Shown piece by piece: positions 31,237 to 43,850 of a stretch of DNA of 64,000 nucleotides (positions are counted from its first letter, which is position 1; each line of letters starts with the position of its first letter). This DNA comes from Alphaproteobacteria bacterium. Its GTDB lineage: Bacteria > Pseudomonadota > Alphaproteobacteria > JABAAW01 > JAHZMA01. The stretch covers positions 130,283 to 194,282 of the forward strand of contig CBDBJL010000016.1 of assembly GCA_965206365.1 (NCBI GenBank). The letters are read 5' to 3'. Below the pieces are notes generated by a model that was given only the letters and a program-made list of their open reading frames with translations, searched no databases and was not told the origin of the DNA. Both the position numbers and the translations under genes were made by a program.

Positions 31237-31272
31237 AGTATAGCATACTTCGTTTGGGATGGGGGCCATAGC
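31237..31272 (-). repeat. Orphan degenerate CRISPR repeat (33/36 identical), 2.3 kb beyond the array
   Basis: AGTATAGCATACTTCGTTTGGGATGGGGGCCATAGC versus consensus ...GGGAACTATAGC; the embedded TGcTATACT -10 is intact and points into the virB4 fragment. Confidence 0.85.
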
Positions 31273-31294
31273 CTGAAAAGCACACTCACCCTCT

Positions 31295-32131
31295 TCAAGT
31301 TTTTTTCAAGGAAATTAATTTGTAAATTTTATATTTCTCAAAATTTTCTTGATTACGATTCTTGCTATACTTAAATTGGAGCTTAGCAATTTTTTTCCGT
31401 GAAAAATATTTAATAATGCCATAGATAATTTTTTTCCTATGCGTTAAAAATTTGTCTAAAATTTGACACACCGGTATTAACCGATTCACAATCACTTCAT
31501 TCACCAAAGCCATGTTTGGCGAGACATTGCGCGTTACATCAAGATCAGAAATAATTTTATAATTACTTGCTGCGATTAACCGATCAAAATTACCAAGCGA
31601 ATGCCCGCCCCCAAGTGGCGAGCGCCCGTCAATATTATCACGACTGAAAAAATCAAAAATCACAACATTCCCCAATGGAGTTAATATTTCATCCAGAACA
31701 CGCAATGATTTTTCCATATCAACATATTGAAAACTTTCACTAAAAAAAACCAAATCATACTTTATACCCGAATACAAACCTTTATCGATAAAATCTTCAA
31801 ATCCACATTGATAAAAAATTGCTTCCGATATTTCTCGACATTGCTGAATCATCATCTTAGATGGAATAATACCTTCAATATTTTGATAACCCATTGCCTC
31901 TAGCTTTTTGATATTTTGACCAACCCCACAACCAACATCTAAAATTCGCGCCTGCTTATTCGATGAAATTAATTCTTCAATATGGCCAAAAAGAACCTCT
32001 GAATAACGTTCTTGCGCTGCAATGAAATCTTTGATTGTTGGGATCGCACCTTCTTGCCAAAAACCATAATGCAGATCCTCAACGTCTAATATTTTTTGGG
32101 CCATTACCAAACCCATTTCTTTACTATCCAT
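31295..32131 (-). CDS. Class I SAM-dependent methyltransferase
   Basis: Motif I ILDVGCGVGQN; start taken at MDSKEMG.. to avoid overlap with tRNA-Trp. Confidence 0.6.
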   Translation of the reverse strand: MDSKEMGLVMAQKILDVEDLHYGFWQEGAIPTIKDFIAAQERYSEVLFGHIEELISSNKQARILDVGCGVGQNIKKLEAMGYQNIEGIIPSKMMIQQCREISEAIFYQCGFEDFIDKGLYSGIKYDLVFFSESFQYVDMEKSLRVLDEILTPLGNVVIFDFFSRDNIDGRSPLGGGHSLGNFDRLIAASNYKIISDLDVTRNVSPNMALVNEVIVNRLIPVCQILDKFLTHRKKIIYGIIKYFSRKKIAKLQFKYSKNRNQENFEKYKIYKLISLKKT

Positions 32132-32190
32132 AGATTGCCCCCTTCTGCATCTGTTTTTAAGAACCAAAATCCTAAATATGCCATCCCCGA

Positions 32191-32266
32191 TCCAAGAATA
32201 TGGCAGGAGCGGAGGGACTTGAACCCGCAACCCCCGGTTTTGGAGACCGGTGCTCTACCAATTGAG
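32191..32266 (-). tRNA. tRNA-Trp (anticodon CCA)
   Basis: Reverse complement AGGAGTGTAGCTCAATTGGTAGAGCACCGGTCTCCAAAACCGGGGGTTGCGGGTTCAAGTCCCTCCGCTCCTGCCA folds as a cloverleaf; CCA encoded. Confidence 0.9.
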
Positions 32267-32303
32267 CTACACTCCTAAATATTGCCACTATCACTATGGT
32301 TTG

Positions 32304-32377
32304 TGGAGCGGGTGATGGGGATCGAACCCACACAGCTAGCTTGGAAGGCTAGAATTCTACCATTGAACTACACCCGC
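32304..32377 (-). tRNA. tRNA-Gly (anticodon TCC)
   Basis: Reverse complement GCGGGTGTAGTTCAATGGTAGAATTCTAGCCTTCCAAGCTAGCTGTGTGGGTTCGATCCCCATCACCCGCTCCA; acceptor GCGGGTG/CACCCGC. Confidence 0.9.
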
Positions 32378-32510
32378 AAAATCACCCAAACATTCTTTGA
32401 CAATAGGCTTTATGCTACATAGCAAAAAACCAAAGAATAAGCAAGCCCATCTTACGGCACTTCTTCGTAAAAATAACGATAACCAGTAGCCTTAATATCC
32501 TTCAGAGAGA

Positions 32511-32987
32511 TTAGTATGAATTTTGCGGTAGATCCGGTGCTATTGCCAGGCTTTGCCCATATTTGGCGGCTTCAACATGCATTCGAGTTTCAATTTGAAC
32601 AATAATCTCTCGCAACCGTAAATCTTGCCCCAAATTCCCGCGCTGCGCTTGAATAAAGCGCGCAATCGCCTGCAATCTTTGCCCAGAAACTTTCCCTGCC
32701 AACAATTCATTTTGTAATTGTCGTAAATGATGCAATAAAGCGTTACCATATTCATAGGCTTGTTTATTTTCTTCAACCCCAAATTGCGTTTCTTGTAAAG
32801 CTAATAATGCGGAAACCCCGGCATTCGCATAAACGTTATCAAGGCTATCCGTTGCTTCCACATCATCAATTTCGTCTTGCGCAGAGTTACTGCCACGAAC
32901 CGCAAAAACCTTATCAACATGTTGCGATTTCTGACTACGTTTGAGGCTAGTTGTTTTGCCTACTGAGCTACCTGAACCAATTTTCAT
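32511..32987 (-). CDS. Hypothetical acidic protein
   Basis: 158-aa ORF, no motif recognised. Confidence 0.3.
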   Translation of the reverse strand: MKIGSGSSVGKTTSLKRSQKSQHVDKVFAVRGSNSAQDEIDDVEATDSLDNVYANAGVSALLALQETQFGVEENKQAYEYGNALLHHLRQLQNELLAGKVSGQRLQAIARFIQAQRGNLGQDLRLREIIVQIETRMHVEAAKYGQSLAIAPDLPQNSY

Positions 32988-33117
32988 TTATCTACCTTTA
33001 ATTACTTATCTACTCTTATTACTTCCAAAGCCGGGCTGTCCCAAAGCTGGGTTATCAATGACGCAAAAACCTAAAGACTAACCCTCACCCTAACATGATT
33101 AGACACAAAACGCAAAA

Positions 33118-35604
<2,487 letters not shown>

Positions 35605-35663
35605 TTAATTTTTAGAAAAAACACAATTCTTCTGCAAAGAATATGCACAGAAAATTAGTAACC

Positions 35664-36872
35664 CTAATCTAACTTATAATGAAGGTATTTGTCATCTAAA
35701 TACTGCAGAAAAACTGCATCTGTACCCGTAAAAAACAACTGAACATCCAAATGCAACAAATAATCGTATAAAAATTGTAAATGCTGAGAATCAAGATGGG
35801 CCCCAATATCATCAAGTAATAAAATTGGACGCGGCCCCATCTCACCAAGCATTAATTGTAATTGTGCCAAAATTAACGAAAGCAAAATAATTTTTTGTTC
35901 CCCTGTTGAGCAAGATTGCGCCAAAACAGAGAAAGATTTAGCTTCAGAGCCAAAATCTTTGTTGCCAAGATCAGAATGAGAAGGACATTGATAATATCGA
36001 ATAACAATATCAGTTAAATGTACCCCATAATGGGTTCGATTATAGGTTTGGTCACGCTTTCGATTATCGAATAATTTTTGCTGATAATCTTGTTCGCCTT
36101 GAACCGCCCCACCATCCAAAATTTTAGGGTCATTGCCGCCGGTTAGCTCCATGATAATGCTAGGGAAATTGACAATTTTTGGTATATGGGTAATTTGATT
36201 TAATCGAAAAACAATCTGCTTGCGCATCACCGCAATCGAAACCGCTCGCATTGCCATTTCTTGCTCGATAATATCCAACCAAGTTTTATTCCCTCCTTGC
36301 AGTAATAAAATTAATCGCTCACGCATTTGTTGCTCGTAAGCTTTCAGCCGACCATAATGACTTTTATCAAACAAAATAGCCGTGCGATCGATGAATTTCA
36401 ATCGTGCCATCCGTCCATCTTGAAATAACCGCGCCATTTGGGGAACATACCATAACATTCGCAAATGTTCATCTAAAGCTTGTTGTGACGATTTCTCATT
36501 GCCGTTAATCATAATATGGCGACGTTTTTGATGGAAACTATTTTCCGAATTTTGCTGACACGAAAACCCTGTTGCCAAACGCGTTAATTGAGCATTATTG
36601 GCAACAACCGCCTGAATTCCCCAATCACGGATCAGTCGTGGCGATGTTAATTCTGGATTTGCCAAAGCATCATTGGGGTGAACCGCAAAGGGCAGAATAT
36701 CTTCCAGTTTTGCATTTCGTAACCCCCGGCCTGAAACTAAAAATGATAACGCCTCTAAACAGTTGGTTTTGCCAGCACCGTTACTTCCTGTAAACAGAAC
36801 CACACGACTCTCTGTAGCAAATTGTGCTTGCCGATGATTGCGAAAATGAGAAAGTGAAAATTCCTTAATCAC
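35664..36872 (-). CDS. recF: DNA replication and repair protein RecF
   Basis: Walker A GSNGAGKTNCLEAL; conserved position between dnaN and gyrB. Confidence 0.9.
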   Translation of the reverse strand: MIKEFSLSHFRNHRQAQFATESRVVLFTGSNGAGKTNCLEALSFLVSGRGLRNAKLEDILPFAVHPNDALANPELTSPRLIRDWGIQAVVANNAQLTRLATGFSCQQNSENSFHQKRRHIMINGNEKSSQQALDEHLRMLWYVPQMARLFQDGRMARLKFIDRTAILFDKSHYGRLKAYEQQMRERLILLLQGGNKTWLDIIEQEMAMRAVSIAVMRKQIVFRLNQITHIPKIVNFPSIIMELTGGNDPKILDGGAVQGEQDYQQKLFDNRKRDQTYNRTHYGVHLTDIVIRYYQCPSHSDLGNKDFGSEAKSFSVLAQSCSTGEQKIILLSLILAQLQLMLGEMGPRPILLLDDIGAHLDSQHLQFLYDYLLHLDVQLFFTGTDAVFLQYLDDKYLHYKLD

Positions 36873-36892
36873 AAAAACAAAAGCAAACTTGC

Positions 36893-38014
36893 CTAAACCC
36901 GCATCGGCATTAATATATACAAAGCTTGACTATTATTAATATCCCGAATAATCGTTGCTGCACTATTATCCAACCAACAAAACTCTGCCATAGCCCCAAT
37001 ATTATCCACAATATCGAGTAAATATTTGGCATTATACCCAATTTCCAACGCATCATCGTTATATTCAACATCCATTTCATCGTTGGCTTCGCCATGTTCT
37101 TGTGAGCGCGTTGTCAATTCTAACCGATTCGTTACAACATGTAATTTTACCGCACAAGAATCATCGCTGAAAATATTAACCCGCTCCACCGAACGGCGCA
37201 ATTTGGGGGCATCAACTTGCATTTTTTTCTCATTATTTTTTGGAATCACCCGCTCATAATCAGGAAATTCACCCCCAATTAATTTACTCGTTAAGTTAAT
37301 GGCATCAATTTCAAAGCGTGCCAGTTTTTCACTCACCTTAATTTGCAATTCTTGCGTGTTATTCTCACATAATTTAATTAATTCACCAATCGCTTTTCGT
37401 GGAATAATGATTCCTGGAATGGCTTCGGCACCCTTGGGGCAATCACCGGCAAAATATACCAATCTATGCCCATCAGTGGCAACAAAACAAAGACTTTCAT
37501 CACGGTAATGCACATAAATACCATTAAGATAGTGGCGCATAGTATCGGTAGATATTGCTAATTTCACTGTCTTTAATGCCTGAGCAAAATCTTTCGCTAC
37601 CATTGTAAAATGTACAGCAAAGGGTCCTTGTTCCGGGTTGGGGAACTCACTGCCCTCGTGCAAAGAAGTATCAGAAGTATAATCGAGAACATTCAATGCA
37701 AAACGACTCTTCCCCGATTGAACCTTAACGTGATTATCACTAACAGCCACTTCGATAATTGCCCCCTCAGGTAATTTGCGGGCAATTTCATAGGCGAGTT
37801 TTGCCGGGATGATACTCTCACCCTGCTCTGAAATTTCCGCCACAACCGTTTCTTGAATGAACACTTCTTTATCAGTGCCTGTAAGCTCAATTCCTTCTGC
37901 CACAGTGCGAATTCTGATATAGGATAATAAATTTTGCGCATGCCGCTGCTCAATCACACCATGAACATGTTCTAAAGCACTCACTAAAATCGCGCGATCA
38001 ATAGTAAATTTCAT
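36893..38014 (-). CDS. dnaN: DNA polymerase III beta sliding clamp
   Basis: 373 aa, N-terminus MKFTIDRAILVSAL..., three-domain length; synteny dnaN-recF-gyrB. Confidence 0.9.
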   Translation of the reverse strand: MKFTIDRAILVSALEHVHGVIEQRHAQNLLSYIRIRTVAEGIELTGTDKEVFIQETVVAEISEQGESIIPAKLAYEIARKLPEGAIIEVAVSDNHVKVQSGKSRFALNVLDYTSDTSLHEGSEFPNPEQGPFAVHFTMVAKDFAQALKTVKLAISTDTMRHYLNGIYVHYRDESLCFVATDGHRLVYFAGDCPKGAEAIPGIIIPRKAIGELIKLCENNTQELQIKVSEKLARFEIDAINLTSKLIGGEFPDYERVIPKNNEKKMQVDAPKLRRSVERVNIFSDDSCAVKLHVVTNRLELTTRSQEHGEANDEMDVEYNDDALEIGYNAKYLLDIVDNIGAMAEFCWLDNSAATIIRDINNSQALYILMPMRV

Positions 38015-38244
38015 ATATTTGCCCTTATTTTCTCACCTACAAGGCTTGCTATTTTATTCAATATCATGTTTATAGAAAACATATCTTGCTACTATACAAG
38101 TATATTACGCAAAAAGTGAAATTAGATTCGTAATATTTATGTGGGTAACTTTAACAGCACAACCTCACTTGCTACCGCATGATATGATTTGGAAATATTT
38201 GATTCAAAAGTGCTACACTTGTATATCACCACAATGCAAAGGAT

Positions 38245-38760
38245 ATGACCGCAATGACCAAACCGTCAGATACAAAACAATCCTCTAAAGATACCCCACA
38301 AGCTCTTCCCGACACTCCTTTCATGATTATTGCACAATATACTAAGGATCTTTCTTTTGAAAATCCCAATATCCCGGAAATTTTAACCTATAAAGATCCA
38401 GCGCAATTAAATATAACCATTAACGTTACCTTAAGCCCTATGAATGAAAATTTGTTTACCGTCGATTTAATCGTTAAGGCTGAATCTAAAATTCCCCAAG
38501 GTGTGCAATTTGTCGCTGAAATTACCTTTGGTGCTTTGGTGAAAATTAATGAAACCGTGGCAGAAAAATTTCATAAGCCACTTTTGTTAGTAGAAGTTCC
38601 CCGCATGTTATTTCCTTTTGTGCGTAATATTTTGGTCGATATCACCCGTGATGGCGGTTTTTCACCCTTATTGATGCAACCGATTGATTTTGGTGATTTG
38701 TACCGCAAACAGCTTGAAACTGAAATTAACAATGCTTCTGCGGATATTCCCAAACATTAA
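38245..38760 (+). CDS. secB: Protein-export chaperone SecB
   Basis: FMIIAQYTKDLSFENPN... core SecB motif; 171 aa. Confidence 0.8.
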   Translation: MTAMTKPSDTKQSSKDTPQALPDTPFMIIAQYTKDLSFENPNIPEILTYKDPAQLNITINVTLSPMNENLFTVDLIVKAESKIPQGVQFVAEITFGALVKINETVAEKFHKPLLLVEVPRMLFPFVRNILVDITRDGGFSPLLMQPIDFGDLYRKQLETEINNASADIPKH

Positions 38761-38812
38761 CCCCAAATTATCAATCTCATGGAGTAACCAATATTACAAT
38801 GAACCCAAGCCA

Positions 38813-39430
38813 ATGAAAGATAAAAATTCCTCAGAAGCTCTTATTCGCCATAGTGAAAAAATGGCAAAAAAGAAACATGTCCGCGCCAAAATTATGGCGC
38901 AAAAAACTCAAGAAAAAGGTTTATTAATTGTCCATACTGGCAAAGGTAAAGGCAAAACAACTGCAGCCATTGGGCTAATTTTTCGTGCTTTAGGGCGCGA
39001 GAAAAAAGTCTCGTTAGTACAATTTGTTAAAGGGGCGTGGGAAACAGGCGAGCATGCTGCTTTGCAAAAATTTTATCCCCTATGCCAATTTAAGGCAATG
39101 GGTGAAGGTTTCACTTGGGAAACGCAAGATCGCGCGCGCGATATTGCCGCCGCATCAGCCGCATGGGAATATGCAAAACAGCAAATGGCAGATGAAACTT
39201 TATTTATGCTTGTTTTAGACGAACTTAATATTGTATTGCGTTATGATTATTTAGAGCTTGCCGAGATTTTATCAACCTTGAAGAAGAAACGCGATGATTT
39301 GCATATTGTAATCACGGGCAGAAATGCCCCGGATGCTTTACTAGAAATGGCTGATATTGTTACCGAAATGACGCAAATTCGCCACCCTTTTCGTGATGGG
39401 GTGAAGGCCCAATTAGGCATAGAATTTTAA
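38813..39430 (+). CDS. cobO: Cob(I)yrinic acid a,c-diamide adenosyltransferase
   Basis: P-loop GLLIVHTGKGKGKTTAAIG characteristic of CobO/BtuR; ~205 aa from the MKDK start. Confidence 0.8.
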   Translation: MKDKNSSEALIRHSEKMAKKKHVRAKIMAQKTQEKGLLIVHTGKGKGKTTAAIGLIFRALGREKKVSLVQFVKGAWETGEHAALQKFYPLCQFKAMGEGFTWETQDRARDIAAASAAWEYAKQQMADETLFMLVLDELNIVLRYDYLELAEILSTLKKKRDDLHIVITGRNAPDALLEMADIVTEMTQIRHPFRDGVKAQLGIEF

Positions 39431-39469
39431 TACATTCATAATTCATCATCCAATTTTTTCCTAAGAATC

Positions 39470-41011
39470 ATGCGCCCAAAAACTCACCTTCCCGCTTGCA
39501 TCATGTTACAAGGCACAGGTTCAAATGCTGGAAAATCAGCGCTTACCGCTGGGCTGGCACGTCTTTTTAGCAATCAAGGATTCAAAACCCTTCCCTTCAA
39601 ACCGCAAAATATGTCGAATAATGCTGCCGTCACTCCAGATGGCGGTGAGATCGGGCGGGCTCAAGCATTTCAAGCATTTGCCGCGCACGAGCCGCCAAAC
39701 CGCTTGATGAATCCCATTTTACTAAAACCTGAAGGGGAAGGTTCACAACTAGTTATCCTTGGCAAAGCTGTGGGCACAATCAAAGCTTGTGATTATTACA
39801 AATGCAAAACTCAGTTGCTGGAAATTGTGATGCAAAGCTTTGCTGAGCTTGCACAGCAAGCCGATATTATTTTGGTAGAGGGGGCAGGTTCTCCGGCAGA
39901 AATCAATCTGCGCGCCAGTGATATCGCCAATATGGGTTTTGCCACGGTAGCCAATATTCCGGCTTTGTTGGTTGCTGATATTGATCGTGGCGGAGTGTTA
40001 GCCTCTGTGGTCGGCACGCATCATTTGCTTAACCCAAACGAACGAGCTCACCTTAAAGGCTATATTATTAATAAATTTCGTGGCGATGTTACTCTTTTTA
40101 CCGATGCCATCGATATTATCCACCAAGAATCTCATTTAGATTGCTTAGGGATCGTTCCCTTTCATCCAGCCGTAAAATGGTTTGCCGACGAAGATTCTAT
40201 GACACTACGCTCGCGTAATAACATTGCTTGTGCAGATCCCTGTCAACCTCGTATCATTGTTGCTCATCTGCCGCATATTGCCAATGCTGATGACTTTACG
40301 CCACTTGCAGAAAACCCGGAAATTAATTTTCGTTTCGCGCCACTAGATGCCCCCATGCCCCCATGTGATTGGGTAATTTTACCCGGTAGTAAAAATACAA
40401 TTTCCGATTTGCAAGTTTTAAAAGATTCTTTGTGGCATATCGATATTCAAGCGCATTTGCGCCACGGTGGTAAAATTCTAGGAATATGTGGAGGCTATCA
40501 AATGCTTGGGAAAAAAATTGCTGATCCCAACCAAATTGAAGGCAGTCACACTGAAATCACTGGGTTAGGCTTGTTAAATGTAGAAACAATCCTAACAGCA
40601 AAGAAAATTTTACAAGCCGTAGAAATCACTTATCCCAGATCAACAAACAGCGATATTCATTTTTCTGGCTATGAAATTCATTTAGGCAGAACTTATGGAA
40701 AAGATACCGAAAATGGTTGGTTGAAATTAAGAAATGCGCTCTATGGGGCTTGCCCTGCTGCGAAAACCCCCTATGCCGGGCAAGTATTTGGCTGTTACCT
40801 TCATGGTATTTTTAACAATTCTCGTTTTTGCAATGCCTTCTTTCAATTGCCAAACCATCCCGATTTTATAAATATCGATCGCAAAGCCGATCTGGCATTG
40901 GATGAATTTGCGACTTGTTTAGAGCAATCTTTAGACATTTCAAAGCTACTTGCCATCGCCAAAAAACGCATTCCAACCCTAAAGAAACAATTCCTGTTGA
41001 ACAATTTCTAG
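39470..41011 (+). CDS. cobQ: Cobyric acid synthase
   Basis: N-terminal MLQGTGSNAGKS P-loop plus C-terminal class-I glutamine amidotransferase (ILGICGGYQMLG, H..G). Confidence 0.85.
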   Translation: MRPKTHLPACIMLQGTGSNAGKSALTAGLARLFSNQGFKTLPFKPQNMSNNAAVTPDGGEIGRAQAFQAFAAHEPPNRLMNPILLKPEGEGSQLVILGKAVGTIKACDYYKCKTQLLEIVMQSFAELAQQADIILVEGAGSPAEINLRASDIANMGFATVANIPALLVADIDRGGVLASVVGTHHLLNPNERAHLKGYIINKFRGDVTLFTDAIDIIHQESHLDCLGIVPFHPAVKWFADEDSMTLRSRNNIACADPCQPRIIVAHLPHIANADDFTPLAENPEINFRFAPLDAPMPPCDWVILPGSKNTISDLQVLKDSLWHIDIQAHLRHGGKILGICGGYQMLGKKIADPNQIEGSHTEITGLGLLNVETILTAKKILQAVEITYPRSTNSDIHFSGYEIHLGRTYGKDTENGWLKLRNALYGACPAAKTPYAGQVFGCYLHGIFNNSRFCNAFFQLPNHPDFINIDRKADLALDEFATCLEQSLDISKLLAIAKKRIPTLKKQFLLNNF

Positions 41012-41177
41012 AGAAGCGGATGCTTGTGTGAACAATTTTATGGGATTTACATTGTTAAATAATTCAATTCATAAGGATAAATCATAGAAAATAAAAAACA
41101 CTCCTTGTCTTTTATTATGTTTTCGGTTATTTAAGATTGTGAAAATTTATAATTTTTCTAAAGGTTAATATTTTTTA

Positions 41178-41726
41178 ATGGCAAAAACAATTCAAGCTAA
41201 CGAAGCAGAACCCGATAAAAAGCGTCGTGATTTTTTAAGTTTACTCGCAACCGCAACAGGCGGTGTTGGTGGTGTTGCTTTGTTATGGCCCTTTATTGAT
41301 TCCTATAACCCGTCAAAAGATGTGTTGGCTGTCTCCACTACTGAGGTGGATCTGTCATCGCTGAATGTTGGGCAAGCAATCACCGTAATTTGGCGCGGCA
41401 AGCCTGTATTCATCCGCAAACGCAACCAAGCTGAAATTAGCGCAGCCCAAAATGTTGAGCTTTCAGATTTACGCGACCCTGAAGCCGATGAGATCCGAAC
41501 AATACTTCCTGAATGGCTTGTAGTTGTTGGCATTTGTACCCATTTGGGTTGCGTACCACAAGGGCAAAAAACCAATGAAGTGCGAGGCGATTTTAACGGC
41601 TGGTTTTGCCCATGCCATGGTTCGCATTACGATAGCTCTGGGCGAATCAGGAAAGGCCCGGCACCGGAAAACCTCATTGTGCCTCCTTACAAATTTACTT
41701 CCGATAACATTATTAAAATCGGTTAG
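41178..41726 (+). CDS. petA: Ubiquinol-cytochrome c reductase Rieske iron-sulfur subunit
   Basis: Tat-like N-terminus RRDFL; Rieske boxes CTHLGC and CPCHGS. Confidence 0.9.
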   Translation: MAKTIQANEAEPDKKRRDFLSLLATATGGVGGVALLWPFIDSYNPSKDVLAVSTTEVDLSSLNVGQAITVIWRGKPVFIRKRNQAEISAAQNVELSDLRDPEADEIRTILPEWLVVVGICTHLGCVPQGQKTNEVRGDFNGWFCPCHGSHYDSSGRIRKGPAPENLIVPPYKFTSDNIIKIG

Positions 41727-41761
41727 ATACTGTTGCTATCATTTCAGGAAACCCATTTATC

Positions 41762-42988
41762 ATGAACAAAGAAAATCTTCCCAAACCTGATTTTAAAAAT
41801 CCAGTTATTCAATGGATTGATCGTAGATTGCCGATATTTACCTATATTCATTACGATTATATGCACTTTCCAATGCCCCGAAATGTTAATTATTTCTGGA
41901 GCTTTGGTGGAATCGCTATGGTGATTTTGATGATTATGATCTTAAGTGGTGTTTTCTTAGCCAGCCAATATATTGCCAGTGCTGATTTAGCCTTTGGCTC
42001 GGTAGAACGCATCATGCGCGATGTTAATTATGGTTGGTTAATGCGCTATATTCATGCAAATGGCGCATCCATGTTCTTCATTGCCATCTATATCCATATG
42101 TTTCGGGGTATTTACTATGGTTCTTATAAAGAACCTCGCGAGCTGGTTTGGATTTTCGGTGTTCTAATCTTTGTCATTATGATGGCAACGGGTTTCCTTG
42201 GCTATGTGTTACCTTGGGGGCAAATGAGCTTTTGGGCCGCAACCGTGATTACAAATCTTTTCGGTGCAATCCCTATTGTTGGCGATAGCGTTGTTACATG
42301 GCTATTAGGCGGGTTTAGTGTTGATAATCCTACCTTAAATCGCTTTTTTGCCTTGCATTATTTATTTCCCTTTATCCTATTGGCAATGGTTATGTTGCAT
42401 GTCACCACTGTCCATATCTCAGGTTCTAGTAACCCTGCAGGCATTGATACCAAATCGGCTCAAGATACAGTACCGTTTTTTCCCTATACGGCGGCAAAAG
42501 ATATATATGCCATGGGTATTTTTGCAATTTTCTTTGCATTTTTTGTCTTCTACGCGCCGAATTATCTTGGACATCCCGATAATTATACCGAGGCCAACCC
42601 GCTTTCAACCCCAGCCCATATCGTTCCCGAATGGTATTTTTTACCCTTCTATGCGATTCTACGCTCAATTCCTGATAAGCTTATCGGTGTTATTGCCATG
42701 TTTTCTGCTATTGCTGTTTTGTTTGTTTTACCGTGGCTAGACCGCTCTAAAATACGTTCTTGTCGCTATCGTCCCCTGTATCGTTGGTTTGTCTTTGCCT
42801 TTGCCCTAGATTTTCTTTTCCTAGGTTGGCTTGGGGGCAAACCCGCTGAAGCCCCTTATGTTTTTATGGCACAATTGGCAACCTTTTATTATTTTGCACA
42901 TTTTTTTATCATCACCCCCTTTATTGTGAAAATTGAAAAACCCCGCGCTTTGCCTGAGAGTATTGCAAAATCTGTATTAAAATCATAG
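41762..42988 (+). CDS. petB: Cytochrome b
   Basis: Multi-TM protein with conserved haem-ligating His and PEWY motif. Confidence 0.9.
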   Translation: MNKENLPKPDFKNPVIQWIDRRLPIFTYIHYDYMHFPMPRNVNYFWSFGGIAMVILMIMILSGVFLASQYIASADLAFGSVERIMRDVNYGWLMRYIHANGASMFFIAIYIHMFRGIYYGSYKEPRELVWIFGVLIFVIMMATGFLGYVLPWGQMSFWAATVITNLFGAIPIVGDSVVTWLLGGFSVDNPTLNRFFALHYLFPFILLAMVMLHVTTVHISGSSNPAGIDTKSAQDTVPFFPYTAAKDIYAMGIFAIFFAFFVFYAPNYLGHPDNYTEANPLSTPAHIVPEWYFLPFYAILRSIPDKLIGVIAMFSAIAVLFVLPWLDRSKIRSCRYRPLYRWFVFAFALDFLFLGWLGGKPAEAPYVFMAQLATFYYFAHFFIITPFIVKIEKPRALPESIAKSVLKS

Positions 42989-43015
42989 AAACGTAGCTTT
43001 TGAGGAATAGATCCC

Positions 43016-43792
43016 ATGCTTAAAATTACTGCCTGCCTGCTTTATACAATTCTTATGGCAACAACACCCCTATTAAATGCCTTGGCATCTGGTGGTGACG
43101 GCCATACAAAATTAGAGAAACAAAATTGGAGTTTTTCTGGGATTTTTGGCAATTATGACACAAACACCCTACAACGGGGCTTTCAAGTTTACCAAGAAGT
43201 ATGTTCGATATGCCATTCCTTAAAATATGTTGCATATCGTGATTTAAGTGCTTTGGGCTATAATGCCGCCCAAATTCAAGCGATTGCCTCTGACTTTGAA
43301 GTAACAGATGGCCCTAATGATGTTGGTGAATATTACCAACGCCCTGCACGCGGTTCTGATAAATTTGTTTCCCCCTTCGCCAATCAAAATGCCGCGCGGG
43401 ATGCGAATAATGGGGCCTACCCAGTTGATTTATCCTTAATTGCCAAAGCCCGTTTTAACGGGCCCGACTATATCTACTCGTTGCTGATTGGTTATGAAGA
43501 CGAAGCCCCGGAAGGAGTTACTGTAAGCGAAGGTTTATATTATAATCATGCATTCCCTGGCAATCAAATTGCTATGCCCCAACCATTATATCCCGAACAG
43601 GTTGAATATCAAGATCAACACCTCGCAACTGTGGAAAATATGGCATTTGATGTAACTAATTTTTTGATGTGGACAGCAGAACCTTATTTAGAACAACGCA
43701 AAGAAATGGGATTTAAGGTAATTCTTTTTCTGATTTTTTTCGTAATTGTGCTTTATGCTAACAAAATAAGAATTTGGCGCAAATTACATTAA
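43016..43792 (+). CDS. petC: Cytochrome c1
   Basis: Signal peptide, CSICH haem-binding motif, C-terminal TM anchor. Confidence 0.85.
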   Translation: MLKITACLLYTILMATTPLLNALASGGDGHTKLEKQNWSFSGIFGNYDTNTLQRGFQVYQEVCSICHSLKYVAYRDLSALGYNAAQIQAIASDFEVTDGPNDVGEYYQRPARGSDKFVSPFANQNAARDANNGAYPVDLSLIAKARFNGPDYIYSLLIGYEDEAPEGVTVSEGLYYNHAFPGNQIAMPQPLYPEQVEYQDQHLATVENMAFDVTNFLMWTAEPYLEQRKEMGFKVILFLIFFVIVLYANKIRIWRKLH

Positions 43793-43850
43793 GCCGTTTC
43801 TATTGCTAACCCGCTTGGAATTGTGCAATCGCAATAATTTTTGAAAGATT

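Noticed and set aside
31237-31269. ORF-track start MAPIPNEVCYT for the 30193-31269 protein
   Set aside because: The N-terminal 12 codons are the orphan CRISPR repeat; the first credible start is the Met preceding the Walker A at 31233.
31361-31372. Plus-strand TGCTATACT motif inside the methyltransferase gene
   Set aside because: Only the 9-nt -10-like tail matches the repeat and the rest does not; it is most likely chance in AT-rich coding sequence.
38015-38244. Possible oriC in the dnaN-secB intergenic region
   Set aside because: Only one near-consensus DnaA box (TGTGGGTAA at ~38141) and no dnaA gene nearby; insufficient evidence.
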